64,000 nucleotides of DNA from Candidatus Aenigmatarchaeota archaeon (GCA_016932615.1 JAFGCN010000027.1:15277-79276); one strand, 5' to 3'. Shown: positions 47,403 through 56,153, counted from the stretch's first letter. Program-made: numbers and translations. Notes: a model not told the origin generated them from the sequence alone.

Positions 47403-48659
47403 ATGGAGCCGGACAGAAAACAAAAGGTTCTAAGGAAGGGGGAGCGGGCGGTACAGGTTTCTGCGGCAGTTTCGATAGTGCTTATTGTTTTGAAGGCGGC
47501 GGCGGGGCTTTTGTCCGGAAGTATAGCCCTTCTTTCAAGCGCGCTTGACAGCTTTGTCGACACCCTGGGGATGCTTGCGGGCTGGCTTGGCCTTAAAATC
47601 GCCCAGAGAAAGCCGGACAAAAGATTCCATTACGGGTATTACCGCGCCGAAACGCTTGCAACGCTTTTCATGTCCTTTATCATCCTTTATGCGGCATTAA
47701 GGTTGCTCCTGGAGGGGTACTCCCGCCTCTTTTCTGCAGCGGACATTAGCTATCCCCTTTTGGGCCTTGCTGTTGCGGCAGTAAATATCCTGGCCTCTTT
47801 TTTTCTCTCCCGATATCTGGCTCGGGTGGGAGAAGAAACTTCCTCTCCACTTCTTACAGTTGCCTCAAGGGAGCGCCTAACGGACATCCTTTCGGGCATT
47901 GTTGTTTTTATCGCGGTCCTTACAAGCTACCTTAAGGTTCCTTATGTTGAGGGGCTTGTGGTAATTGGAATTTCGCTTCTTATTCTCAGGGTGGGCATGG
48001 CATCTGTTAAGGATTCGGTTTTGGTGCTGATGGACGTGTCCCCCAGCAAGGCATTTGCGTCAAAGATCGGCGAGGCGGTTATGTCTGTCGGGGGCGTGTC
48101 GTCTTACAATCACCTTCGCATGAGAAAGAGCGGGCCCTTCGTGTTTTGCGAGCTTAGCATCAGGGTTAAAAAGTTGGCAAGCGTATATAAAGCCCATGAG
48201 ATAGCTGAAACTGTAGAAATGAAGATTAAGGAGAAATTGGGCGAAATCGCTTCAGTGACAGTCCATATAGAGCCAGACAATGAAGGCAAAAGCAGGATTG
48301 CAATTCCCGTAAGCTCTTGCGTCGGCCTTGAGTCCAAAATATACCCGGATATTGCCGAAGCGCCATGCATACTTTTTGTGGATGTCGACCGTGATGGAGG
48401 TAAAATAGATAGGCATTATGTGCGAAAGAATCCTGCGCTTGGGCTTAAGGAGAAAAAGTGCATAAAAGCCGCGAAGATGATTCTAAAGGAAAAGCCGGAT
48501 GTTCTCATCGTTTCCCGGATGTGCGTACCTCCGTTTCACCTTCTAAAAGAGCAGGGGCTTGTTGAAATATACTCCTCGAGGGGAGCCACAGCCAAATCTG
48601 CAGTAAGCAATTTTCTTAAGGGAAACTTGAAAAAGATGAAGACAAAGCAACTGGATTAG
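47403..48659 (+). CDS. Cation diffusion facilitator (CDF) transporter fused to a C-terminal dinitrogenase FeMo-cofactor-binding-like (NifX/NafY-fold) domain.
   Basis: The CDF TM core carries both metal-site motifs (SALDSFVD, HYGYYRAE). The C-terminal 110 aa (RIAIPVSSCVGLESKIYPDIAEAPCILFVDVDRDGGKI...) resemble the pfam02579 fold. The track ORF starts at a TTG at 47385. Confidence 0.65.
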   Translation: MEPDRKQKVLRKGERAVQVSAAVSIVLIVLKAAAGLLSGSIALLSSALDSFVDTLGMLAGWLGLKIAQRKPDKRFHYGYYRAETLATLFMSFIILYAALRLLLEGYSRLFSAADISYPLLGLAVAAVNILASFFLSRYLARVGEETSSPLLTVASRERLTDILSGIVVFIAVLTSYLKVPYVEGLVVIGISLLILRVGMASVKDSVLVLMDVSPSKAFASKIGEAVMSVGGVSSYNHLRMRKSGPFVFCELSIRVKKLASVYKAHEIAETVEMKIKEKLGEIASVTVHIEPDNEGKSRIAIPVSSCVGLESKIYPDIAEAPCILFVDVDRDGGKIDRHYVRKNPALGLKEKKCIKAAKMILKEKPDVLIVSRMCVPPFHLLKEQGLVEIYSSRGATAKSAVSNFLKGNLKKMKTKQLD

Positions 48660-48686
48660 GGTGCAATTTTGTGTTTATGGTTTTGG

Positions 48687-49607
48687 CTAGTCTGCTTTTT
48701 TAAGAATGTCTTTTGTAAGGAAATATGTGGCCTTGAGTATATCTGACTTTTCGGATTCGTTTTCGGGATGGATTATCAGCTTTATCTTCAGGTACCAGTG
48801 AGGGCCGTCGGCGTCAATCTGGACATTCGCGCTTTCTCCGTCTTTAAGACCGGAATTTACGAAGGATTTTATCTTCTTTATTCTTGCATCTATGTCTTTA
48901 GGTACCCTCGAGATTTCAAGCTTTATCTCCTGGTACATTCTGTCGCGCCCCATGTTTAGGACGTTCTTTTCCAGGATTTGCTTGTTGGGTATCTTTACGG
49001 TTTCCTTGGGGTCTGAAACCGACTCGATGGTGATGAAGAAAGTTCCGATTTTGGTGACCATTCCAACATCCTCGCCCATCTTTATAACATCCCCTATCCG
49101 GAAGGGCTTTTTCTGCAGTACTATCAGCCATATGAAAAAGGAAAGTATTATTTCCCTGATTGCAAAGGCGACGCCTGTTGTTACGAAACCGAGGTATATC
49201 GCGATATTTTCCTGGGAAACCCCAAGTCGCCAGAGTATGATCCCTAGGGCAACCATATAAATAAAACTGGAGTAGAGTTTGGTGAATATGATGTTCTGCT
49301 CGACTTCAAACTCCCCCTCGAACAGGTGAAAAATCTTGTCGACAGTCAGACGGACAAAAAGAGAGGCTGCAAGAAAGGATATTACAGTTACGAAAAAAAT
49401 GTCGGCAATATTGATTATTATCTCAGGCACATTAAGATAACCATTCCTGTAGGCGACAATCGGCACAAGAATGAGGAGTGCAAGGGCAAGGAGCATTACC
49501 GCACGCTTCTGGAACTTATCCTTTAGCTGGGACAGGCGTTCTTTTCTAGCTCTAAACTGCTCTTCAATGTGGTTTCGTTCGAATTTCAGCTTTTTGGAGT
49601 AAAGCAT
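48687..49607 (-). CDS. Small-conductance mechanosensitive channel (MscS family).
   Basis: TM region followed by the conserved beta-domain (GDVIKMGEDVGMVTKIGTFFITIES...KIPNKQI). Confidence 0.75.
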   Translation of the reverse strand: MLYSKKLKFERNHIEEQFRARKERLSQLKDKFQKRAVMLLALALLILVPIVAYRNGYLNVPEIIINIADIFFVTVISFLAASLFVRLTVDKIFHLFEGEFEVEQNIIFTKLYSSFIYMVALGIILWRLGVSQENIAIYLGFVTTGVAFAIREIILSFFIWLIVLQKKPFRIGDVIKMGEDVGMVTKIGTFFITIESVSDPKETVKIPNKQILEKNVLNMGRDRMYQEIKLEISRVPKDIDARIKKIKSFVNSGLKDGESANVQIDADGPHWYLKIKLIIHPENESEKSDILKATYFLTKDILKKAD

Positions 49608-49651
49608 ATATTATATACCCGCTTGAATATAAATCCTGCAGCTAATTGGGG

Positions 49652-49909
49652 CTAAAGAGACATGTCAGGATCTTCATTTTCCTCTATTTCAAACATGGAA
49701 TAGAGCTTTGATACAAGCCCCGCATAAAGTGCCATCGCCTGCTGGGGGTGCTCGGTCATAATGTGATTTACCAGGGCTAAAAGCTCTTTGCTCATCATTG
49801 CGGCATTGAACATGTCTTCATTGTCTGTTGCAAAGTTCAGTTTTATTCCTGACTCAGAGGAGGATTTCGTGTCTATAGTCTTGTCGCAGATTTTGCATTT
49901 GACTCTCAT
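49652..49909 (-). CDS. Hypothetical small protein with an N-terminal CxxC.
   Basis: 85-aa ORF (MRVKCKICDKTID...). Confidence 0.3.
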   Translation of the reverse strand: MRVKCKICDKTIDTKSSSESGIKLNFATDNEDMFNAAMMSKELLALVNHIMTEHPQQAMALYAGLVSKLYSMFEIEENEDPDMSL

Positions 49910-49979
49910 AAATGGTATTTAAAAAAGTACTTAACCATCATGCTACAGAGCAGTTGGCAAGAGATAATATGTTTTTTCG

Positions 49980-50600
49980 CTAATCCTGCCCCCGAAGGTT
50001 AATCAGGATCATCAGGATGTTTATGAACAGGTTTATGAAGTCGATGTAAAGCGCGGCAACTGCGGGGACATAATCCTCGTTTGGGTAGTTCTTCAAAATT
50101 GATGACATATCGTAGAGGACAAAGCCCGCGAAAAGAAGCGTGAAAAACGCGCTGATAATAAGGCCGTACCCGGTGAGCCCCAGGAAAGTTACCGCAAGGG
50201 ATGCGACAATTCCGAATATCAGGAGGACAAACAGCATCCCCCCAAGAAACGTGAAATCCTTCTTTGAAAAATACGCGTATCCGGCAAGCCCTGCAAAGAC
50301 AACTGTGGTTATGGCGAATGCCTGGAGTATCAGCCCCGGGTCAATGTATATAGCAAGCCCGAGAATTGGCGCCATAAGTGCGCCCATCAGAATGTTGAAG
50401 AAGTACAGAAGCGGCAGGCTTTTTGTCGAGTATATAGCGTACATTACCACAAAACCCATCAGGCCCAGGCCAAGGAGCACCCAGATGTTTGACAGGTATG
50501 GCAAAAGGAAAAGCAGCCCTATGAGAGAGCCTATTGTGCTCACTACGAGAGTTGTAGCAAAGAGAGGCATCACCTTCCTCTTGAAAACCTTCTGTTCCAT
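49980..50600 (-). CDS. Bax inhibitor-1 / YccA (TMBIM) family membrane protein.
   Basis: 7-TM protein of about 206 aa with the characteristic C-terminal ...YLDFINLF... region (YIDFINLFINILMILI). Confidence 0.65.
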   Translation of the reverse strand: MEQKVFKRKVMPLFATTLVVSTIGSLIGLLFLLPYLSNIWVLLGLGLMGFVVMYAIYSTKSLPLLYFFNILMGALMAPILGLAIYIDPGLILQAFAITTVVFAGLAGYAYFSKKDFTFLGGMLFVLLIFGIVASLAVTFLGLTGYGLIISAFFTLLFAGFVLYDMSSILKNYPNEDYVPAVAALYIDFINLFINILMILINLRGQD

Positions 50601-50629
50601 AATATAAAATATAAATTTAGCGTAGGTGT

Positions 50630-51052
50630 ATGAAGGGCGCTTATGTTATTGTCCTCGAAGTTGAAAAAGACTGCTCGCTTGCCGTGGGGGCTTTAGGCGA
50701 ACTGCATTTCAGGAAAGGGATTTACCTGTATGTCGGCTCTGCGATGAACAATTTGGAAAAGCGGACTAGGCGGCACCTGAGAAAAGAGAAAACTCTGCGC
50801 TGGCACATAGATTACCTGACAGTTTCGCCTTTCGTAAATGTAAGAGCGGTTTACTTTCGGGAGTCCTCCCGAAAGGAGGAGTGCGAAATAGCAGGTCTTG
50901 TGGCAAAACACGGCACTCCTGTTATGGGGTTTGGCTGTTCTGACTGCCGGTGCCATAGCCACCTTTTTCAGGTAAGCGATGAGGAATTTTTGAAAGGTAC
51001 GATGAAACGATTCTTTGGCGCTCAAGACAGTAGGTTAACTCTGCCCTTTTAA
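50630..51052 (+). CDS. GIY-YIG-like nuclease-fold protein (archaeal DUF123-like).
   Basis: GIYLYVGSA and a downstream R..RH motif, with a C-terminal Cys cluster (CSDCRCHSH). Confidence 0.55.
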   Translation: MKGAYVIVLEVEKDCSLAVGALGELHFRKGIYLYVGSAMNNLEKRTRRHLRKEKTLRWHIDYLTVSPFVNVRAVYFRESSRKEECEIAGLVAKHGTPVMGFGCSDCRCHSHLFQVSDEEFLKGTMKRFFGAQDSRLTLPF

Positions 51053-51131
51053 ATATGCTTTCTACTTTTTCATAATTCTTGCGGCTACATTCTTGCATTT
51101 TGATTAAATATCTGGAGGGGTAAACGGCTCT

Positions 51132-51476
51132 ATGGGAGAAGCTATTGTTGAGAGGAGAGCGCTGTCCGAGTGCCCCGTTGGGAGATTGTCTTGTGGAGAC
51201 GTTGTCAATGCTTTGGAAGCCGGACGCTCCAGTCGGGAGATTCTGGACTTGGCCGGATGCTGCAAAGATTGTCCTGCTTACAGGGCTTCATCTGATGGGG
51301 CATGGTTGGGGTCTGGAGATAGCCGATACGTAAGAATGGGGGGCGATTGCGGATTTTGTGTGCCGGGCTGGAATGAGGCGCTGGGATTGGGTCCTGTGTG
51401 CCGCATCAAGGAGTGCGTGGATACTCTGGGAATGATATACCGAGGTGACGGAGCCAGTATAGCCCGCACGCCTTAA
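51132..51476 (+). CDS. Hypothetical Cys-containing protein. Coding status uncertain.
   Basis: 114-aa ORF in a G+C-richer segment with several Cys pairs. Confidence 0.25.
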   Translation: MGEAIVERRALSECPVGRLSCGDVVNALEAGRSSREILDLAGCCKDCPAYRASSDGAWLGSGDSRYVRMGGDCGFCVPGWNEALGLGPVCRIKECVDTLGMIYRGDGASIARTP

Positions 51477-51557
51477 GGATGGCTCTTGGGCTTTTGTTTT
51501 GTCTTGTTTTGATATTTTCTGACAGAGCCGATGCTTTATTTTAATCCAAATTATATT

Positions 51558-51857
51558 GCGGGAGTGTCCGAGTCTGGCCAACGCTTTTTCTGCCTTTAAA
51601 TCCCATGAAGGAATGGGGCGGAATGATGGTTAAAGGAGCAGGACTTAAGAAATTAAGTTTGGAGCCGAAAAACGGCGATGACTGCCGAAAAAGCTCTTTT
51701 AAGAAATCCTGTGCGTTAGTCGCTGCGAGGGTGAATCTTTTTCTTTTGAAAAAGAAAAAGCTCCAGGACCAAAAAGAAAACAAATATTTCGCTTCGCGGA
51801 ATAATGCCTGAAGGTCGGGGAAGAAGATTTCCTTGAATTCGAATCCCTTCTCCCGCA
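51558..51857 (+). tRNA. tRNA-like gene of class II (Leu/Ser) type, with about 210 nt of intervening sequence. Putative multi-intron tRNA. The anticodon is not resolved.
   Basis: The 5' GCGGGAG and 3' CTCCCGC are perfect complements. The 3' end carries a canonical T-loop and stem (TTCGAAT-CCCTT) immediately before the acceptor strand, with discriminator A. The 5' end carries TG plus a Leu/Ser-like D-arm (TCCGAGTCTGGCCAA). A T-rich tract follows the 3' end. Confidence 0.4.
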
Positions 51858-51876
51858 CATTTTTAAGGTCTGGCTT

Positions 51877-53259
51877 CTAGTTAAGCTTCTCTATGCAGCT
51901 TCCAAGCTGGAAAACTTTTCCTTCCTGCAAATGGTCGCCGATTATGTGAAGCCCTATTGGCATTCCTTCGCTTCTGCCGACAGGAACGGACAGGTGAGGC
52001 ACTCCGCAAAGGTTTGGCCCCACAGTCAGGATGTCCATTGCGTAGTGCTGGGCAGGCGTAAGCTCTGCGATGTCTGTGAACTTGGGAGCGACAATCGGCA
52101 TTGTGGGCGTAACGATGCAGTCGAACTTCTGGAAAGCAGACTTGAATTCCTTTATCAAATGTGCTCGGACCTTCAGGGCTTTAAGGTAATACTTGTCCCT
52201 GTAGCCGGATTTCCTGTAGAATGTCCCAAGAATGCACCTCCTTTTTGCCTCGAGCCCAAAGTACTTCCCGCGGACTTTCGAGAAAAACTCGTTGTACCCT
52301 CCTTCAATCTCAAGGGTTGAGCCGTACCTTATGCCGCAGAACTTGGCAAGGTTTGTAGATGCCTCGCTCATCGCGATTATGTAGTATGACGGAAGCGCAT
52401 ACTTTGTGGAAGCAAGGGAGAACTCTTCGTACTTTATCCCGGCAGACTCTAGCTTTTTTATCTGCCTCCAGATTTCCTGCTTAATCTCTTCATTGACACC
52501 CTCGAAATATTCTTTGGGAACGCCCACCCTCATTTTCGAGGGATCTTTTTCAAGAAAGCTCGTATAATCCTCATCTTTTCGGTTTATTGAGGTGGAATCC
52601 CTTTCGTCAAATCCGGCAATTTTCGATAGGCCCCATGCGGCCTCAAAGCAGTTTTTGCCGATTATGCCGACCTTGTCGAGGGAAGAGGCGTAGTCTATCA
52701 TTCCATATCTTGAAACCCTTCCGTATGTGGGTGTTATTCCGACCACTCCGCAAAAAGAGGCGGGGCAGGATATGGAGCCGCCGGTTGATTCTGCCATTGC
52801 AACGTGTGGCAGGTTCTGGAGTGCTGCAGTCAGGCATGCGGCGCCGCCCGAAGAGCCGCCGCAGCTTCTTCTGGGGTCAAGCGGGTTTTTGGGAACGCCG
52901 AAAGCGCAGTTCATGGAAAAAGTGCCAAAGCCAAACTCGTCCATTGCGGTCTTTCCTATGATGTAACCGAAGTTCTTTATTTTTTCAACCACGTGGGCGT
53001 CAAATGGGGGGACATAAGTTTCAAGTATCCTGCTCCCTGCGGTCGTCCTTATCCCGCTTGTGCAGAGGCAGTCCTTTACGGAAATTGGGACTCCTGGAAA
53101 GCTTTCCTTTGCGCCCATTTTCTCGCAGTGGCTTAGCGCTTCGTCTCTTGAAACTGTAATAAAGGGCCCGAATTTGCCCTGAATTCTGTCAACTTCCTTC
53201 CATATCTTTTCAAATACTTCCCCCTGGTTGGGGTTTTCGAGATATTCCTTAAGGTCCAT
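51877..53259 (-). CDS. gatA: Glutamyl/aspartyl-tRNA amidotransferase subunit A (amidase signature family).
   Basis: GGSSGG signature (CGGSSGGAACLTAA), the Ser-cisSer-Lys triad context and a typical length of 460 aa. Confidence 0.85.
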   Translation of the reverse strand: MDLKEYLENPNQGEVFEKIWKEVDRIQGKFGPFITVSRDEALSHCEKMGAKESFPGVPISVKDCLCTSGIRTTAGSRILETYVPPFDAHVVEKIKNFGYIIGKTAMDEFGFGTFSMNCAFGVPKNPLDPRRSCGGSSGGAACLTAALQNLPHVAMAESTGGSISCPASFCGVVGITPTYGRVSRYGMIDYASSLDKVGIIGKNCFEAAWGLSKIAGFDERDSTSINRKDEDYTSFLEKDPSKMRVGVPKEYFEGVNEEIKQEIWRQIKKLESAGIKYEEFSLASTKYALPSYYIIAMSEASTNLAKFCGIRYGSTLEIEGGYNEFFSKVRGKYFGLEAKRRCILGTFYRKSGYRDKYYLKALKVRAHLIKEFKSAFQKFDCIVTPTMPIVAPKFTDIAELTPAQHYAMDILTVGPNLCGVPHLSVPVGRSEGMPIGLHIIGDHLQEGKVFQLGSCIEKLN

Positions 53260-53385
53260 AAAATACCTAGATTTTATAAGGTTTTGAAAGTGCCGCGTTT
53301 TTCCTCTTTTTTTGCTTAAATACGCTCTTTGGGCTGCAGCCGGACCCCTGCTGAGCCATATTTAACATTTAGCCCTTCTTTCTAA

Positions 53386-53643
53386 ATGGGAAAAGCAATT
53401 CTTTGTTACGAAATAATGCCGGAAAGCATTGAGTCAGTTGACCTGGTGGAGGAAGGGCTCAAAAAGCTTAATCCCGGAAAAATCGAAAAAAAGCCGATTG
53501 CCTTCGGGCTCAGCGCATTTGAGGTGACCTTTATCATCGAGGATGCGGAAGGGGCTGCAGGCAACACCGACGAAATCGAGACAAACCTTGAGAAAGTAGA
53601 GGGAGTCGGCTCGGTGAAGAGCATGGGCGTAACCCTTGCTTAG
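53386..53643 (+). CDS. Elongation factor 1-beta (aEF-1beta).
   Basis: 85 aa. MGKAILCYEIMPESIESVDL...PIAFGLSAFEVTFIIEDAEGAAGNTDEIE...VEGVGSV matches the archaeal EF-1beta fold consensus. Confidence 0.7.
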   Translation: MGKAILCYEIMPESIESVDLVEEGLKKLNPGKIEKKPIAFGLSAFEVTFIIEDAEGAAGNTDEIETNLEKVEGVGSVKSMGVTLA

Positions 53644-53668
53644 ACACAGTTTGCTGTTTGTTTTTGGC

Positions 53669-53884
53669 TTATATGATGCCCATTGATACTGACAGGGCAA
53701 GCTCGTGCTTTCTGAAGTAAAAATTCGCTTTTAGGGCTGCTTTTGGGTCCGGGCTTTTGCAATAAATTTCTCCAAGCGCAGAGTAGACGGGAACCAGACG
53801 ACGGGCCAGCTGGGGGTAGAAGTTCCAGTGTATGTCTGGATGAAGCTTTTCTGCCCTTTTGTTCGCGTCTTCGTAATTTTTCAT
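53669..53884 (-). CDS. Hypothetical protein. The same frame continues upstream through one TAA to an ATG at 54037.
   Basis: 71-aa ORF. The upstream 24 codons (MAELGYLGPAYSHDFWVERDPELV) are in frame, separated by a single TAA. Confidence 0.3.
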   Translation of the reverse strand: MKNYEDANKRAEKLHPDIHWNFYPQLARRLVPVYSALGEIYCKSPDPKAALKANFYFRKHELALSVSMGII

Positions 53885-54265
53885 TGCTCTCTCAAGGGCA
53901 CTAATTCTTTTGGACCCGTTCAGCCGTTTTGAAGCTTCATAGTCTTTGGCTCCGCTTACAATCAGTTATACCAGTTCCGGGTCTCTTTCAACCCAGAAGT
54001 CGTGGCTGTAAGCCGGGCCCAGATAACCCAATTCTGCCATGCATACCCTTAGGTTTTTTGGAATTTAAGTTTCTCAAGTATTGCTATTAAAACAAGTACA
54101 TTTAGATGACGAAAACAAAAAATTGAGCCGATTTCGGCGATGATTGGTGATGGGCGAACGGATACTCTATTTTCTTTTTCTGGAACTTTGTACGTTTTTT
54201 GTAATGCTTTTGCCAGACAATCGTATTTTTTTCCAGCTTAAAAAAAAGCATTGCTTTCTCTAGTT

Positions 54266-54727
54266 ATGCCTTTCAGGAAAACTCTTCCCGGTTCTAACCT
54301 CTATCGTGGGGAGTTGCTCTTTTTCAAAGTACTGGAAGGATGCAACGGGGGAAGTTCAGGCAGATCGGATTATTCTGCTGTCTTGGATTTTCCGCCAAGT
54401 TACTTGATCTTTGCAGATGAGAATATACCGCAGATGCTGATAGCTGCAGTTGGCGAAAATGCTACGGCGCACAGGATTTCCAGTGTTGTCAGAGAAGAGC
54501 CTATTTTTGGGCTAAAGCGTCGTATGCTCGATATGGATATTGAAGATATCGCCTTTCTTTATGGAGGGGCTTATATACTTAGTTCTGACCGTGATTTTAG
54601 GAATTATCCTCGCAGAATTTACATCAAGCAAAGTTCCGTAGGATATAAAACGCCTCAACTGGAGAAAGACCTTCAGGTGGTTATGGAGCGCCTTTCCCAG
54701 GATTTTCCAGAATACTCTCCTAGATAG
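54266..54727 (+). CDS. Hypothetical protein.
   Basis: The ORF from the ATG is about 153 aa (the track starts at a TTG at 54251). No family recognised. Confidence 0.35.
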   Translation: MPFRKTLPGSNLYRGELLFFKVLEGCNGGSSGRSDYSAVLDFPPSYLIFADENIPQMLIAAVGENATAHRISSVVREEPIFGLKRRMLDMDIEDIAFLYGGAYILSSDRDFRNYPRRIYIKQSSVGYKTPQLEKDLQVVMERLSQDFPEYSPR

Positions 54728-54763
54728 ATTATTGTTTTTTTTAAATAATTACTTTTTACTTTC

Positions 54764-55435
54764 ATGGGCACTGGACTTAGTAGCGTTAATTCTGGTCTTC
54801 CAGATAGGTTTCCAATCGGTCTTTGTTTGGACGAGAAAGGCCGGTATAGAGACACTTCTGTTTACTTGGAGATGCCAGAAACCCTTCTTCTTGGAAATGT
54901 TGAACAAATACGCTCAAGGAAGACTCGTGGTGGCAAAACTGGAACACAAATGTATCGGGATGCAGGTTCCTTGGAATTTAGCGCCTCCTCAGAACCGTAT
55001 AAAGAAGCTCATGATCTGCTATATTGTTATGCTGATCAACTGTCCCGTGAGATATTGACTCCGCCTAATGATCCACAGGAACACTTTCTTAAGGGGTATA
55101 TTCTTACAAATCTGGGCAAAAATCCTTCAGGCTCCAAAAGAAGGTCAGTTTTGGAGGTTCTTGAGAGAACTCCAAGAAGTACCAACCTGGAATTTTCCCT
55201 TGCGGTCTGCAATGCGTTTGAGGTATCTCCAGGAGTTTTTGTTGAGCTAGACACCCCTTATCCCAATTCAGTCAGGTATTTTGCTGAATTTCACATAGAA
55301 GCATCTCCTGGCGAGATAAGAGTTATCCCTGCAAGGATAAGGGATGCTGGTAGAGGAAGCGGAGAAAGCGAACTTGAATTTAATAAGGTAGTTTTAGCAC
55401 GATTTCTTTATGATTTTTCCAGGGCTCACCGGTAG
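54764..55435 (+). CDS. Hypothetical protein.
   Basis: 223-aa ORF, no family recognised. It forms a pair with the preceding ORF. Confidence 0.35.
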   Translation: MGTGLSSVNSGLPDRFPIGLCLDEKGRYRDTSVYLEMPETLLLGNVEQIRSRKTRGGKTGTQMYRDAGSLEFSASSEPYKEAHDLLYCYADQLSREILTPPNDPQEHFLKGYILTNLGKNPSGSKRRSVLEVLERTPRSTNLEFSLAVCNAFEVSPGVFVELDTPYPNSVRYFAEFHIEASPGEIRVIPARIRDAGRGSGESELEFNKVVLARFLYDFSRAHR

Positions 55436-55472
55436 ATCTGGCATTAATTGATTTAAATTCAAATAGAATTAC

Positions 55473-55623
55473 GCGGAGGTGGCAGAACAGCTATGCATCC
55501 GGCTGCAGTCCTACCCTTTCTTTGCAAAAGAAAGGCTGAGGTTCACCCAAAGAAAGCAGATTCCTGCTTCGCAGAAACAAAAGCGGTTACCGGACCAAGA
55601 GGGTGCGACTCCCTCCCTCCGCT
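55473..55623 (+). ncRNA. tRNA-like structured RNA locus. Acceptor-stem complements GCGGAGG/CCTCCGC and a T-arm-like hairpin enclose an approximately 75-nt insertion.
   Basis: 5' GCGGAGG-TG-GCAG...CTGC (D-stem-like) and 3' GAGGG-TGCGACT-CCCTC-CCTCCGC-T. The T-loop is non-canonical (G at position 55) and the D-loop is over-long, so this may be a degenerate or intron-containing tRNA. Confidence 0.3.
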
Positions 55624-55702
55624 GTCAGACCTTTTCTTTAGGAAAGAAAAGGGCCGACACCCCCAAAAGAACCCTATTCCTGCTTCGCAGGAATAACAGC
55701 GG
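55514..55702 (+). repeat. Two tandem copies (about 116-nt period) of a structured element. A third, diverged copy lies at about 51737-51806, inside the tRNA-like locus.
   Basis: Each unit has a T-rich/A-rich hairpin (CCTTTCTTT...AAAGAAAGG), CCCAAAGAA, and a second hairpin ATTCCTGC-TTC-GCAGGAAT. The copy at 51786-51802 reads ATTTCGC-TTC-GCGGAAT, with compensatory changes that keep the stem. Confidence 0.55.
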
Positions 55703-55733
55703 TCTGATAAGCGCAAGAGAAGCTATTGGCAGC

Positions 55734-56153
55734 TTAAGACACCTTTTTCCAAATAAGCCGTCCTTTTTGTTCGTGATCTATACCCTTGTTAACCCAAATG
55801 ACGCTTATATTTCCATTGGGCAGTATGTGCAAAGTATGTTCTCCCCAAGCGTTCAAATTTGAAGTAGGTCTCCAGTCATAAAATCCGGTAAGAACAGAAT
55901 TTCCAAGATATCTCAGGTGGCTTTCCCATTCAATCCCGTTACGTTCCCGACCTATTGCCTTAAAATCATTTCCGATTAAATGTACTACTCGTACCTTTCC
56001 ATTGTCGTGCACATAAGTACCAATAATATTTTTGAACTTTCTTTTTAGATAGCGTTTATCATAAAATTCACGCTTGAAGAGGACTATAACTGCTTCTGCA
56101 ATAAATGTGGCGATTATTCCAAGTAAGAATGCAATCGTAAAATCATTCTCCAT
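55734..56153 (-). CDS. Hypothetical membrane-anchored protein.
   Basis: N-terminal TM (FTIAFLLGIIATFIAEAVIVLF) and a 110-aa soluble domain. Confidence 0.4.
   Translation of the reverse strand: MENDFTIAFLLGIIATFIAEAVIVLFKREFYDKRYLKRKFKNIIGTYVHDNGKVRVVHLIGNDFKAIGRERNGIEWESHLRYLGNSVLTGFYDWRPTSNLNAWGEHTLHILPNGNISVIWVNKGIDHEQKGRLIWKKVS

Noticed and set aside
51558-51857. Alternative reading as SRP (7S) RNA, because the 5' and 3' ends pair and the length is about 300 nt. It also contains a GGAGCAGG segment vaguely like the SRP helix 8 motif.
   Set aside because: Only 7 bp pair at the termini, with no extended helix 5. The exact T-loop, T-stem and acceptor geometry at the 3' end and the D-arm at the 5' end fit a tRNA much better.
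53386-53643. Considered as GatC, because gatA and gatB are nearby.
   Set aside because: The sequence matches the aEF-1beta fold consensus (PIAFGL...EDAEG...EGV), not GatC.
55560-55702. Possible CRISPR array: two 27-nt near-identical repeats, ATTCCTGCTTCGCAG.AA.AACA.AGCGG.
   Set aside because: There are only two copies, with a 116-nt period, and the repeats are part of a longer tandemly duplicated structured unit. No cas genes or leader are present.
55479-55862. ORFs 55479-55862 and 55493-55696 on the plus strand.
   Set aside because: They run through the tRNA-like and tandem-repeat region and have low-complexity Arg/Lys/Pro-rich translations. They are more likely non-coding.
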